Source: the human T2T-CHM13v2.0 reference genome, Homo sapiens
Assembly: GCF_009914755.1 (NCBI RefSeq)
Contig: NC_060931.1
Length of the DNA stretch: 64,000 bases
Strand: one strand, 5' to 3'
Shown: positions 46,650 through 58,288 of the stretch, piece after piece
Layout of the letters: every line of letters starts with the position of its first letter
How positions within the stretch are numbered: the stretch's first letter is position 1
The notes under the pieces: generated by a model
Seen by the model: the letters and a program-made list of their open reading frames with translations, nothing else
What the model was told of the DNA's origin: nothing
The model's database searches: none
Translations under genes and position numbers: made by a program

Positions 46650-47376
46650 TGTGTGCCGTCATAGGGGCTGCCCTGAGAAGCCTGGCTTCACAATCACGTG
46701 TGTCTCTCACTGTTGGCTGCTGAGAACCACAGAAGAGCTCTCAGCACACAAGGGCTCCATCCTACCCCCTGCACTGAGACACCGCCCACCACAGCAGGAC
46801 TTCCTGAAGCCTGAGCTACAGCACCCCCAGAGTTCCTGTCGGAAAAAGCTCAAGGCTGTCAGGAGGATTTGCCCTTGGTTCTACCACACCTGACAACAGG
46901 CCCCTGCCCTGCCTCCCCTTCCTAGCACAGTTACTTCAGAAAATCCGAGCTGACAACTGTGAATCCTTCCTCAGTCCCTTGGAGACACACATGCCCGCAC
47001 CTCCTACAGCTCTGGGATGTCCTTCTCAAGGACCGAGAGCCAACCCTTTGGAACGTAATCATCAGGAAAACAGGCCTGTCTCCTAGTCTGGGGCTGGGGA
47101 AGGGGAGCAGGAGCCCATCCCTGCCAGCCCCAACCTGCCAGCTCGTAGCAGAGTCAGCTCATCACATTCATGCTACCCAACCCTCTTGCTGCTTTCTGTA
47201 ATTTTTCACTTCCCTGACTCCATTTGGGCACCTGTTCCCCACACTCCCTTTAAAATGCCCAGTCACATCTGCACAAACCTGAAAGGAGCTCAGCTCTGTC
47301 CCCTGCTGTCAGCAGCGACTGAATAAAATCTGTTTTCTCCACTTTAACTTACATCCAGCTGCATATACCTTTGACA
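46650..47376 (+). mobile_element. Solo ERV1 LTR (MER34/MER39-like)
   Basis: 'ttctcaaggacc', 'aacgtaatcatcagg', TATA-like 'ccctttaaaa', 'aataaaatctgttttctccactttaac' and terminal 'ctttgaCA'. Confidence 0.7.
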
Positions 47377-47743
47377 TGGGTCACGACTGACGCTTGACAT
47401 GAGTTGAATGAAACCAGATGAGGAAGAGCTTTGAAGGCATACCATCAGGTGTCAGGTCACTAACCCTCTCTTTGCCCGAGAGGAGTAGAAAACTCCACAA
47501 GACAGTCTCACTTCCACGCTGCAAAAATGTCAACTCTCACCATGGCAGCCCACAGTGGGGGAGGGATACTGAACACAAAACTCACTCAGGTGCCTGCTTT
47601 GGCCTGGCCACGCTGCACCCAGCTCCCCGCAGCACCTCCTGCTCTGTTCCAGAGAGGCGAGCAGAGCCTGCATCCTACCCAGCCAAGGCCAGAGAGAACT
47701 AGCTCCCTGGGAAAGCAGCAAGGGACCATCCAAGAAAGACTTA

Positions 47744-48105
47744 GACACACACACGCACACGGACATGCACACAGACACACAGATGCACGTACACACATAT
47801 GTACACACACATCCACACACGCACATGTGCACACACACACGCAGACACACATGCACACGGACATGCAGACATGCACACACATATGTACACACATACACAT
47901 GCACACACACACGCACATGGACACAGACACGCACACAGACGTGCACACACAAGCGCATGCGCACACGTACACAGACACACATACGCACATGCACACACAC
48001 GCGCACATGGACACAGACACACGCAGATGTGCACAGACACACAGGCACACGGACACACGCACAGACACACACATGGGCACACAGGCACAAGGGCATGCAC
48101 ACGGC
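47744..48105. repeat. Degenerate (CA)n/(TG)n low-complexity tract
   Basis: About 360 bp of largely alternating purine-pyrimidine sequence. Confidence 0.93.
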
Positions 48106-48232
48106 ATTCCTAACTGCCACCACCGACCTTTTCACACTCCAGCCACCCCAGAACCCTGGCGTTTAGAATCTGCAGCTAAAATACACCCAATGATGGTATC
48201 AACGTTCATTTATTCATTCAACAAATACTTGG

Positions 48233-48578
48233 CGATATGGTTTGGATGTCTGCTCCCTCCAAATCTCAGGTTGAAAAATGTTTCCCAAAGGTGGAGGTGG
48301 GGCCTGGTGGGAGGTGTTGGATTATGAGGGCGGATCCCTCACGAATGGCCCAGAGCCATCCCGAGTGAGGAGTGTTGTTGGAAAGATTCTGGAACCTCAA
48401 GTGTCTCTCTTGCTCCTGCTCTTGCCATGTGACGTGCCTGCTCCTTGCCTTCTGCCATGATCAGAAGCTTCCTGGTGCCTCAGCAGAAGCAGATGCCGGC
48501 GCTGTGCTTCCTGTACAGTCCGCAGAATGACCCAGCCTCAGGGATTCCTTTATAGAGACACAAGAACGGACTAATACA
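48233..48578 (+). mobile_element. MaLR LTR (MSTA/MSTB-like), next to an L2 tail (48205-48230)
   Basis: Starts 'gatatggtttggatgtc...caaatctcaggttgaaa', ends 'ttcctttatag...gaacggactaataca'. Confidence 0.88.
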
Positions 48579-48602
48579 CCTGAGGAGCCTTCACGCACAC
48601 AC

Positions 48603-48648
48603 ATGTCCACGTCCACGTCCACATCCACGTCCACGTCCACGTCCACAT
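48603..48648. repeat. (GTCCAC)n microsatellite, ~7 copies
   Basis: Directly visible. Confidence 0.9.
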
Positions 48649-50934
48649 CAAGGCAGTGCTGCTGAGGGCCAGAGGACGCTGCCACAGGCCGACCCCGTGA
48701 AGCTGAAAGTCACCTTCGCCAAGAAGGATGGGCTTCTGGAAAACACAGCCCTGCACTTAGAAACTTCAGACCCTACTCTCCACAATCTCTTTATTTATAA
48801 AATTGCTTATGCGAAGATATTTCCACGCAGAATGCATTCAATTATGCAGTGTAAGGGGGGGCCTGAATGGAGAACATCCAAGTCAGCCACGAAGACACTT
48901 CAGGAAATACAAGAAAACGACCCTGCCACTGACTTTCGAATGTGTCTGCATCCACGCCCCTGTCCCATCGGAGGGGCACAGGGTAATACATAGCACTGCG
49001 CTCCCCTCCTTCTCCTGTGGTTCCCCTCCTGACAGCGCAGTGCAGTGCGGCAGACACCCCTCATCCTCGGTGTCAGGGCAGCATTAGCATGTAAATAGCT
49101 GGCAGACACAAGGACGTGAAAGCAAGGAAGAGCTCTTTAATTAACTTTAATCCTCCAAAAATCCATGCTGCAATCTGTTCTGACAATCCCACGCTCCTTA
49201 GGAGGCCCTCGGCACGACCTGGCACATCCTGTGGGCTGGAGGTGGCCGGAATGGGCGGGCTTGGGAACGTGATGCCCGGGTACCGTGCCTACAAGGACGC
49301 TGGGTCATGACTGTTCTCTGGAGGCTACGGGTGCCCTGCAGAGTGGAGGCACGCGGAGGGCCTGGGGGGGCTGGGGATCCAGACTGGCTGAGCGCCTGTT
49401 TCCCACCACAAACAGCCCTGCGGAGTGCCAGCCTTTTTCTCGAGAGTGGGGGCAGCACCACCCCAGGCCTCCTGCCAGGCCCCAGGGAGCCCTGAGGCAG
49501 GGGCCTCTGCCCATTCTCTCCTCCCAACACCCCGCACTGCCCAACATAGACATAAGCTGGGCCCAGGGCTACTGAACAGGGCCAGGGAGGGCCGGGCAAA
49601 GCCTGCCCCTGGAACGTGGCAGACCTCACCGTGCAGGAACAGGGTGTGGGTGGCGGCCGCGGGCTCGGACGTGACTCAAGCACAGATGGGTGCCCGTCCC
49701 GTCAAGAGAGCACACGCAATGGACGGCGGCAGCAATGCTCCAGCAACCACGGCAAAGGCCTGATGGAGAGAGGAGGGGAGACAGCAGCATGGGAGGACGA
49801 GCTGCCTAGAGCTGGCGGCCACAATGCGCCGCAGGAAGGGGAGCAGCCAACGGTCTGGAATAAAAATCGTAGCGAATGCTCACAGGACAGAGGCAGCTAC
49901 TACAGGTCCTGATCCAAGGGTCACTCTTGCTCATTCCTCCCAACTTGTTCAGTCCGCCAACAACACTGTGAGGACACGCTGGGACAATCTCCGCTCTCTC
50001 CAGCAACGAAACTGAGACACAGACGAATGACTTCGGCTGGGTTCCACACAGCCAGCACCTGGGACCAGGATTTGAACTCACGCACCCAGGCTCCTGAGAG
50101 GACGCTCCTGCCACAAAGCACCTCAGGTGTGAGAGGCCAAAGAGAAGCTGCCCGGCGCACGTGGAAGAAGGTGGGGACGCTGTGAACACACTGGGAACAG
50201 TGCTTTAGAAACAGCAGCAGTGAATCCCAGAGGAGCCCGCAGCATGTGTGAGATGATAACACAATTTCCCAAATGGTTCAGCAGGGCACAGAACCAGCAC
50301 GGGGGTGCGGCCGGGAGGTCTGGGTCCTGAGTACACATGAAGTCCCCAGGCGATCGACCACACAAGCCTCTCCACTGCTCCAGCCTCGGTTTCTCTTCCT
50401 GTACAGCGAGGGCGACTCAGCACAGCCCACGTGTTTCCCGCTCAGCTTTGTGAGATTCAGTGAGGATGACAAGAACTGGAACTGGAGTCCCAGCTCAGTG
50501 AGACAGACCCCAAGAAATGGAGGCCATCAGTATGGCGTAGTCCCCCGGGGCGTGGACACCCTCTCAGCTCCTGTGCCAGTGGTGTAGACAGGGGAGCCCA
50601 GGGGAGGCAACAGCATGAACAAAACCCGAGCCCCGGGCCAGGCCTGTCACCTCCCCACTCTGATGAGCAGCAGCAACCATTCTCCGCACTTCACAGAGGA
50701 AGCAGAGGCTCTGACAGGGGCCACACGCCCAAGCCACACGGCCGCAGAGGCACGATCTGAGCCAGGGCGCCCTGACGGCAAGCCCCGGCCTCTGATCACC
50801 TCCCAGGGTGAAGCCATTCAGCAAGGGAGCTGCTGCCACCAGGGGCCAGAAAGGACATGAAAGGCTCCGGCCTCCCACCCGGCCTCCACACCCCTCTCTG
50901 CTCCAGGCCAGGAGCACCAGCCCGTGTCTCAGTG

Positions 50935-51086
50935 GCTGTGAATCCCTGTAAGAGTCCCCTGTATCCCTGTGAGAGCCCCCGTATCCCTGTGAGAGTCCTC
51001 GTATCCCTGTGTCCCCGTGAGATACCCCACGTCCCTATGAGAGTCCCCCATGTCCCTGTGAGAGTCTCTGTGTCCCTGTGAGAGTG
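50935..51086. repeat. Degenerate ~20 bp minisatellite (GTATCCCTGTGAGAGTCCCC), ~7 copies
   Basis: Repeated 'tccctgtgagag' at ~20-bp spacing. Confidence 0.85.
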
Positions 51087-51209
51087 ACTCCCAGCCCTCA
51101 GGCTGCCGGGTGCCCTCTCAGGTGCCTCTCATGGCCAGCCCAGCACTCTGCGTGTACATAGCACTATCCCTCTCGGGAGCCCGCAGGGTCACACCAGCCT
51201 GGCTTACAC

Positions 51210-51350
51210 AGAAATAAATTGTGCTTCTGTAACCAGCAATATTTCTTTAACTGGAGGTTAATAAAAATCACCGTTGGAGGCTAACCAGTGGATCTAATTT
51301 ATTTAGAGACTTTTCTGAAGCTGTGGATAAAGCCCTTTATTAAAGCTTAG
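51210..51350. promoter_or_regulatory. Candidate conserved non-coding element
   Basis: AT-rich island with TTAATAAAA, CTAATTTATTTA and TTTATTA (posterior HOX/CDX-like motifs). Confidence 0.3.
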
Positions 51351-53379
51351 TACAGCACCTGACGATGCCCTGGAAAAGCGACAGTCGCTTAGTGGGATTT
51401 GGAGGCCGTGGAGCAAAGTGAAAAGTCTAACAGGATTCCTTGAAGGAAGGAGAGTGGGGTGGGGGAGGGGAGCGGGACATGGGAGCCAATTTCTCACCTG
51501 AGGAGCCCAGCCTCAGCCAGACAGCACTTCAGGGCCCGTCCCAGGCCTTCCCTAAGCCTCGGAGCACATGGTGAGCCCCAAGTAGTCCTTAAATCCAAAC
51601 GTTCTGCCGAGGGCCCCCCATGGAGCTGAGCCATCATCTTTAGGAGACATGGCACACGTCCCCTGCACCACAGGCCGCCACAGCCCTGCTCCCTGAGGGC
51701 CTGCCCATGACAGAGGCGGCAGTGGAGGCCCTGTAAGGGAAGGACTTCCTGGGGAAGACCAGCTGAGTGCTGCAGTGGCCACCTCGGCTGCCTCTAGGGA
51801 GTCAAGGAGGGTCCCATGTAAGCCCCAGGCCGAGCCCTGCAATCAGTGCCTCTCCTGGGATGCGGGTGGTGGCGCAGGCCCCACGCCCCAGGTGGACTGA
51901 AGCCCCGCCCTCCCTACAGAGGGGAGTCCCATCCCTTTCCAGGCCTGCACTCACAGGCACCCTATGTCCCTGTCCTCAGCTGGACGGCAGCGCAGGCAAA
52001 TAAGATCGCCTTTCAATGTGCACAGAAATACAAGACCCCTTTCAGCCACCAAAGGCCCCCACAACCTCAGGGCCGTCCAGCGAGCTAGGAAACCCATGTT
52101 GTCCTCCTCCTCCCAGGCCCGGCGCCCGTGCCCACCCAACCCTCCCCTCCAGACAGGCTCCGGCTGGGGCACTGCCCATGAAATGATTTCGACACACAGA
52201 AGCTCACTTAAAACTTCTAGTCTACAAGAGGTGAAAACTTTGGAAGGGTGAAGTTCAAGAACTGTGCAAATCCTCTTATTTTTCTGGAGACGGAACTCTG
52301 CGTGGCGATCATCTCCTCAGCTGCTAAACCCCTTCCAGATCAGAAGCGACACAAACCCCGCCTCACCCGCCTGCCCTACACTAAGCCGTGAGGACGTCTT
52401 AGTGTAGGAAAGGGGTGAGCGCTGCCCGCCTGTGCCCAAGGGGCCACATTCAACCAAGGGTGGGAAAAGAGGTGAGTCCTTTCCAGACCATCTGTCCCCA
52501 CTGAAGATTCCGTAAGCTCCTAGGTGGAGGGCTAGACCTTGCCCAGACAGGAGCCTCAGGTCTAAGGAGGAGGAGCAGCGCTCCCTGTGCCCACACGCAC
52601 AGTGCCCGGCCCCCTGTCCCAGGTGCTACCTCTGCACCACACGCTGCGCACACAACACCCCCTGGGCTGAGCGCACCCACTCACAGACGACAAAGGAAAC
52701 TGGAGGATCAGTAATGAATGGCCACCAGCGCGCACATCCATGCCCCAATGCCAGCTCCTGGGTTGAACTCCTGGGTTGAACTGTTTACTGCGTGCCACCC
52801 TCCTGGGCAAACAGTCTTCGGCTAAGGCCCTCCCTTCCCAGATTCTCAGGTTCTACAAGTCAATGTCTTTCCTCCGTTCACCCCAGCTCCCCAGGGCTGC
52901 TGATGAGCTGACCTAAGGCAAAGCAGGCAATGAGAACTGTGGAAAGGGACCCTGAGACACCGCTTGCTCTGAGCCGCAGCTGCGTAACAAGCTGCAGAAA
53001 ACCCACCGGCACGAGGAAACCCTGGGGGCCTGTCTGCAGACCGTGCCGATGATTGCTTCCGTCTGGAAGAACCTCCCTTCCTCCCCTTGGTGTTTTATTG
53101 GGGGCAGTTTAGCTCTTTATGGGTGAAGTTAACCAAAAGAATATTAACTCCATTCTACACTCCCTGCATCTGACTGTTTTCCATTTGATGATGGATGATG
53201 TTTAATACCTCCCAGTCTGAGCACACTCTGGGTCTGTAAATACAGATCCTGCTTTATTGCTGTTTAATAACTATCACAATGGTTGGGGCTGGCCTTGTCT
53301 GCTGGGCTTAATGTTCCATGAGGGTCTCGTGGGAAAAGAAGCCAAAATGCATAAAAGAACCAGTGTTCCAGAATGGTAA

Positions 53380-53935
53380 GCACAGATGCACACACATGTG
53401 CGCACACAGCACTCACACATGTGCATGCTCAGACACATGCACACACAGAGCTCACACAGCACAGACATGCACACTCACATGCATACAGAGAGCTGCCTCT
53501 GCAGACACATGCACACTCACACACGTGCACTCACATATGCAGAGAGCTGACTCCACAGACACATGCACAATCACACACGTGCACTCACGTGCACACAGCT
53601 CACCAGTACAGATACATGCACACTCATGCTCAATGCACAGTTCACACAGATGTGCATGCACAGCTCACAAAGCACACGTGCACACTCACATGATCACATG
53701 TGCACACAGAACTCACACAGCACAACATACATGCGCACACAAGTACACACGTATGGACACACACATACACAGCACTCAACACAGATATGCACACACGTCT
53801 CCTACACAGAGCTCATGCAGCACAGACACGCACACAGTAATGCTCATGTGTGCATGCATGCACACTGAGCACCGACACGGGTGTGTTCATGAACACCCGG
53901 GTGCACGCATGTGCACACTGACGCACACGCGTGCT
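53380..53935. repeat. Degenerate (CA)n/(TG)n low-complexity tract
   Basis: About 550 bp CA-rich alternating tract. Confidence 0.92.
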
Positions 53936-54009
53936 CTCAGACACCATGCTCCAGCACCCTAGTCGGGCAGCGGGGTAGGTGTAGAGGGACTCGGAGAATG
54001 AGCAGCTAC

Positions 54010-55000
54010 CTGGGCTGCGAATCCTGCCTGTTCACCCAGGCAAGTTCCTTCATCTCATCCAACGACAAATTCCTGTTGCACAAACACGGGATTTCCAAAT
54101 CTGAGCTCAGAATTCTCCAAGTGAGTTTTAAGTGAGATGATTAGAGGGATGTTAATGAAATGAGAAGTTACTCTGACGAATGCCAGCAGTGACCGCTATA
54201 CATCGAATGCCCACTCACTGCAGGTCCCATGCCAGGTATTTAACATAGGATTTGTCAGGAAATAAATTTGATGAATGGTAATAAGCATCAACCACACTGC
54301 ATAAGGCCTGGCACAGGGCAGGCAGGTGGGTCAGCCAGGAAGGGGCTGTCCCATAGGATGTTGAGTGATGGCCAAAAAGTCCCCCTCCGCCCCTCTGTGA
54401 AGAACCTCCTCCAAGACGAATGCAGAAAACCGCACTCAGCTGAACGGAGCTGTGATGGGAGCCTCCCGAGCCTGGCTGAGCCCCCTGTGCCACACCCCTC
54501 CAGCTTCAGGTGCTCTCCCCACTCCACAGTGACTCACAAGCCACCACTCCCACTTCCCCAAGCCAGCGCCAGGCCTTCTCGAGGCGAAGAGCTGTGCCGA
54601 TTGTCACACTTGCCTGTGTCCAGCCACTGACCGCGTCAACCATGCTGCCATTTTCATCAGGGTCCCATCTTATTTTTAATGTGATTTTGTGTAGCAGGGT
54701 GACTTTTAGGAACACACATCACCTTAGAATAGAACTAACCATATGTTTGTTGAGTGAGTTGATGATGAACTACCTCACACATATATTTGAACATTACAAT
54801 TTAAAAATATTTTCAAAGCATTCCCTCATGTAATCTGTGAATCGGCTCCCCGTGCAGATGGGGTGAGGCGTGCATGCTTCATTCTTCCAGAGAGGAAGCA
54901 AAGGCAAAGAGAGGGAAAGGGAGCTGGCGCCAGGCACAAGTGAGAGAGTGACAGAGCTCAGGTTCTAACAGGTTTTCTGATTCCAGCTCCTAGGCTTCCT
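54010..55000. mobile_element. Cluster of MIR and L2 remnants
   Basis: 'caggcaagttccttcatctc', 'ggcctggcacagggcaggcagg', 'tatgtttgttgagtgagt', 'cagagaggaagcaaaggcaaagagagg...gacagagctcaggttctaa'. Confidence 0.5.
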
Positions 55001-55470
55001 CCCCCTAGAAGAGAGGAATTCCAGCAGGGCTGGCCTCAGGCCTCCACCTCCCTTCCCGGTGCCCCGCCCAGGGTCAGACCCTCTCCCTGCACAGTGGGGG
55101 CCCCCACTCCATGGCCTCTGCTGACTCGGAGCCGACTCAGTAGGTGGCTCATGCCCACCATGGGTGGCAAAAGGCTCGGGGGCAGCTCACCAGCTCACGG
55201 GCCTTCTGATGGCACTCAAGAAATTTAGTTTAAACACACACAGATTTTCAAAGAGGCGGTAGGAGGAAGGACTCACCTAGTCCGCCCAGGGGCCTCCTGC
55301 AGAAGCAAGATCTGTGCCTGGACCTCACAGACACCTGGGTCCAGCAGCATCCCCATGTCTTGCTGGAGGGCAGGAGCCACCCAAGGGGCACTGGGCACTG
55401 CCTGGCGTGGGTGGCCAGACTCGCTTCATCAGCACCAGTGTCCAGGAGGACTATCGAGCACTGTAATTCC

Positions 55471-55966
55471 CAGGGCACCTCATCCAATGTCTGCAGGCAC
55501 CAGACCACAGGTTCACAGGGCACCTCATCCAACATCTGCTGGCACCATCTGCGGGCACCAGACCACACGTTCACAGGGCACCTCACCCAACGTCTGCAGG
55601 CACCAGACCACACGTTCACAGGGCACCTCACCCAACATCTGCGGACACCAGACCACACGTTCACAAGGAACCTCACCCAACGTCTGCGGGCACCAGACCA
55701 CACGTTCACAGGGCACCTCACCCAGCGTCTGCGGACACCAGACCACACGTTCACGGGGCACCTCACCCAGCGTCTGCGGGCACCAGACCACACGTTCACG
55801 GGGCACCTCACCCAGCGTCTGCGGGCACCAGACCACACGTTCACGGGGCACCTCACCCAGCGTCTGCGGGCACCAGACCACACGTTCACGGGGCACCTCA
55901 CCCAGCGTCTGCGGGCACCAGACCACACGTTCACGGGGCACCTCACCCAGCATCTGCGGGCATCAC
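55471..55966. repeat. VNTR, 45 bp unit GGGCACCAGACCACACGTTCACGGGGCACCTCACCCAGCGTCTGC, ~11 copies
   Basis: 45-bp periodicity; diverged on the left, identical on the right. Confidence 0.96.
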
Positions 55967-57329
55967 CGCCCCTTCCACCTGTTGCACTCCTACGAGAGCT
56001 AAGCCAGGTATGAGGCCAGACCAGAAACCAGAGACCAGGATGGAACCTCACGCGCCTGCTGGAAGCAGGGAATCCCCTAGCCAGTGCCTCAGACCCATGT
56101 CCACACCCACACGGGCAGACGGAAGCACCAGGCTGAGGGTGGTGAGCCAGGGGGTTCCTGGGCCGCCTCCACTCTGGCTGGTGTCAGGCTGTGGCTTGAC
56201 CTTTCTGGCAGCTCCGTTGAAGCACCCACAGAACCATGGAGACCACAAGCCAACAGTGGCCTATCACCGGCCTGGAGAAAGTCCAGACACTTCACACCTT
56301 CTGACTGAGGCCAGGGACCTCTCCCAGGACCATGGACACAGGGACCCAGGCACCCACCCAGACTGTGGTGCAGGGAACTTACAAGGCTCTTGGGTGTGCC
56401 GTGACACCAAGGACAACTGAAGGGGCAGAGGCTGCGGAGGGAGCAGCCCAGTACCCCCGAGGGCGGCTCAGTCCTCAGCAGGCCCACCCACCTGTGCCTC
56501 ACAGGCCAGGAGCAAACACACCTGTGCGGAACGGCCAGGTGAGGCTGGCTGTCACCTTTAACATCTCTGAATGTCTCCAGGAGGGGCCTAGAGAGGGTTC
56601 AGACACCACCACCAGGATGCTGCAGCTATTTTTAGTAGAAAGACTCAAGAGGCTTCCTTGGCAGGGAACCATGCCTTTGAGCATGACCATCAATTTTCAC
56701 CTGCAGCTAACTTCCTTTCCTTTCAAGATCAAGGTTATTCAAAGATTTGGATTTCTTCGAAACTGAGTTTAAAGAGAGCATGTTTCTCTACCAAACAGGA
56801 TAGGGGATTTTAAAGCACAAACAAGGACAATGTCAGGCCAAAGCCTGGGTAGGCAGGACAAGGTTCCGGGCCTGGTCCCTCCAGCCCTTCCCAGACACCC
56901 TGCAGGCCCTGCTTGTGTCCCCCCGAGGCTGGGCTAAAGCCACCTGTGCCAGCTGGATGATGCCTGGCCTGGGCACTGGAGGAGCCTCCCTGGGCTCCTC
57001 TCTAAGCCTCGGTCTCTCTGGTATAAACCTCCAAAGCTGAGGGGGACTGGGAATTCCACAGCCTCTCTCCTAGCAGGACACTCCAGGTTTCTCGTCCATA
57101 ACCCACGTGGTGCTGTGGAGCCTTGGCCTACAGGACAGAAGGGGCTCCTGGGATCTGGATGAAGTGGTGGCGAGGGGGGCGCTGACCTTGTCCTTCAGGA
57201 AGAGCCACGTGGCTCAGCAGGCAAGATCCAAGACGTTTCAACGTGGTATGTTAGAAACTCACACTTAATGCAGAAAAGCCCAGGAACGAGACATTGAAAC
57301 CGCACATGAAGACTGGGCCTTCCCTGCAT

Positions 57330-57552
57330 CCGCCGGGTCACCTTGCTGTCCCCCACCTCCCCCACCCCCCCACCAGCTGCCCTGCGCCTGCCGGGTCACC
57401 TCGCTGTCCCCTACCTCCCCCAACCCCCCACCAGCTGCGCTGTGCCTACTGGGTCACCTTGCTTTCCACCCCCCACCACCCCCACCAGCTGCCCTGCGCC
57501 CGCCAGGTCACCTTGCTGTCCACCCCCCAACCCCATCCCCCACCAGCTGCCT
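57330..57552. repeat. Degenerate C-rich ~57-60 bp minisatellite, ~4 copies
   Basis: Repeated 'ggtcaccttgctgtcc...ccccaccagctgccctgcgc'. Confidence 0.8.
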
Positions 57553-58123
57553 GGGGCCCCTGAGGGCTCCTCAGAGCCATGGACAAGCTGAGCAGCAGGT
57601 GCCGTGTCAGGCTATACCACATGGGGTGCCAGAAACTGATTTCACTGGGAAGTCTTTTGTTAGGAGTACTCCAAGGGCAAGCGTCCTCTGGGAAGCGTGT
57701 TGGGAATGGATGTTTACAGGGGCGTCAGGCAGGGAAACAGCCAGGCGGAAAGACAACCATTCATGCAGAGTCAACACCTGTGCACCCCCTGCATTCCACG
57801 AAGGAGCCCCCGGCAGGCCAAGACCCACGCTCCGCACACATCAGAGAGGAGGGGCTGGCCTCAGAGAAGCGAGAGCAGGAGCAGGGTGACCACGGACAAG
57901 GGCAGAACCCTATCGTCCTCGCCACGCGCACAGCCACAGCCCCGCCACAGCCAGCCATGGCATGACTCCATATGCCAACAGGCTTCCCTGGCCCCTTCAT
58001 GTGAGCAACAGAGCACAGGCAGCGGCGTAGTAGGAGCCCCAGGCCTGCCGCCACCACAGTTGGTAACAGCCTCAGGAAGACCACACAGACAGAATGCCCA
58101 ACAGACAGCAAGCAACAGCACCC

Positions 58124-58288
58124 AGGAGGGCGCCGGACAGCTCACTAGGGCCCAGGCACAGCAGGCAGGGAGGGCGCCGGACAGCTCACTAGGGCCCAGG
58201 CACAGCAGGCAGGGAGGGGGCTGGACACTCACTGGGGCCCGGGCACGGTGCCCAGGGAGGGCACCTGACAGCTCCCTGGGGCCTAGGT
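58124..58288. repeat. ~44 bp tandem repeat, 3-4 copies
   Basis: 'ggagggcgccggacagctcactagggcccaggcacagcaggcag' twice, plus diverged copies. Confidence 0.8.

Noticed and set aside
47527-48327. His/Thr-rich and Cys/Val-rich ORFs (also 53318-53962)
   Set aside because: Translations of CA/TG low-complexity tracts.
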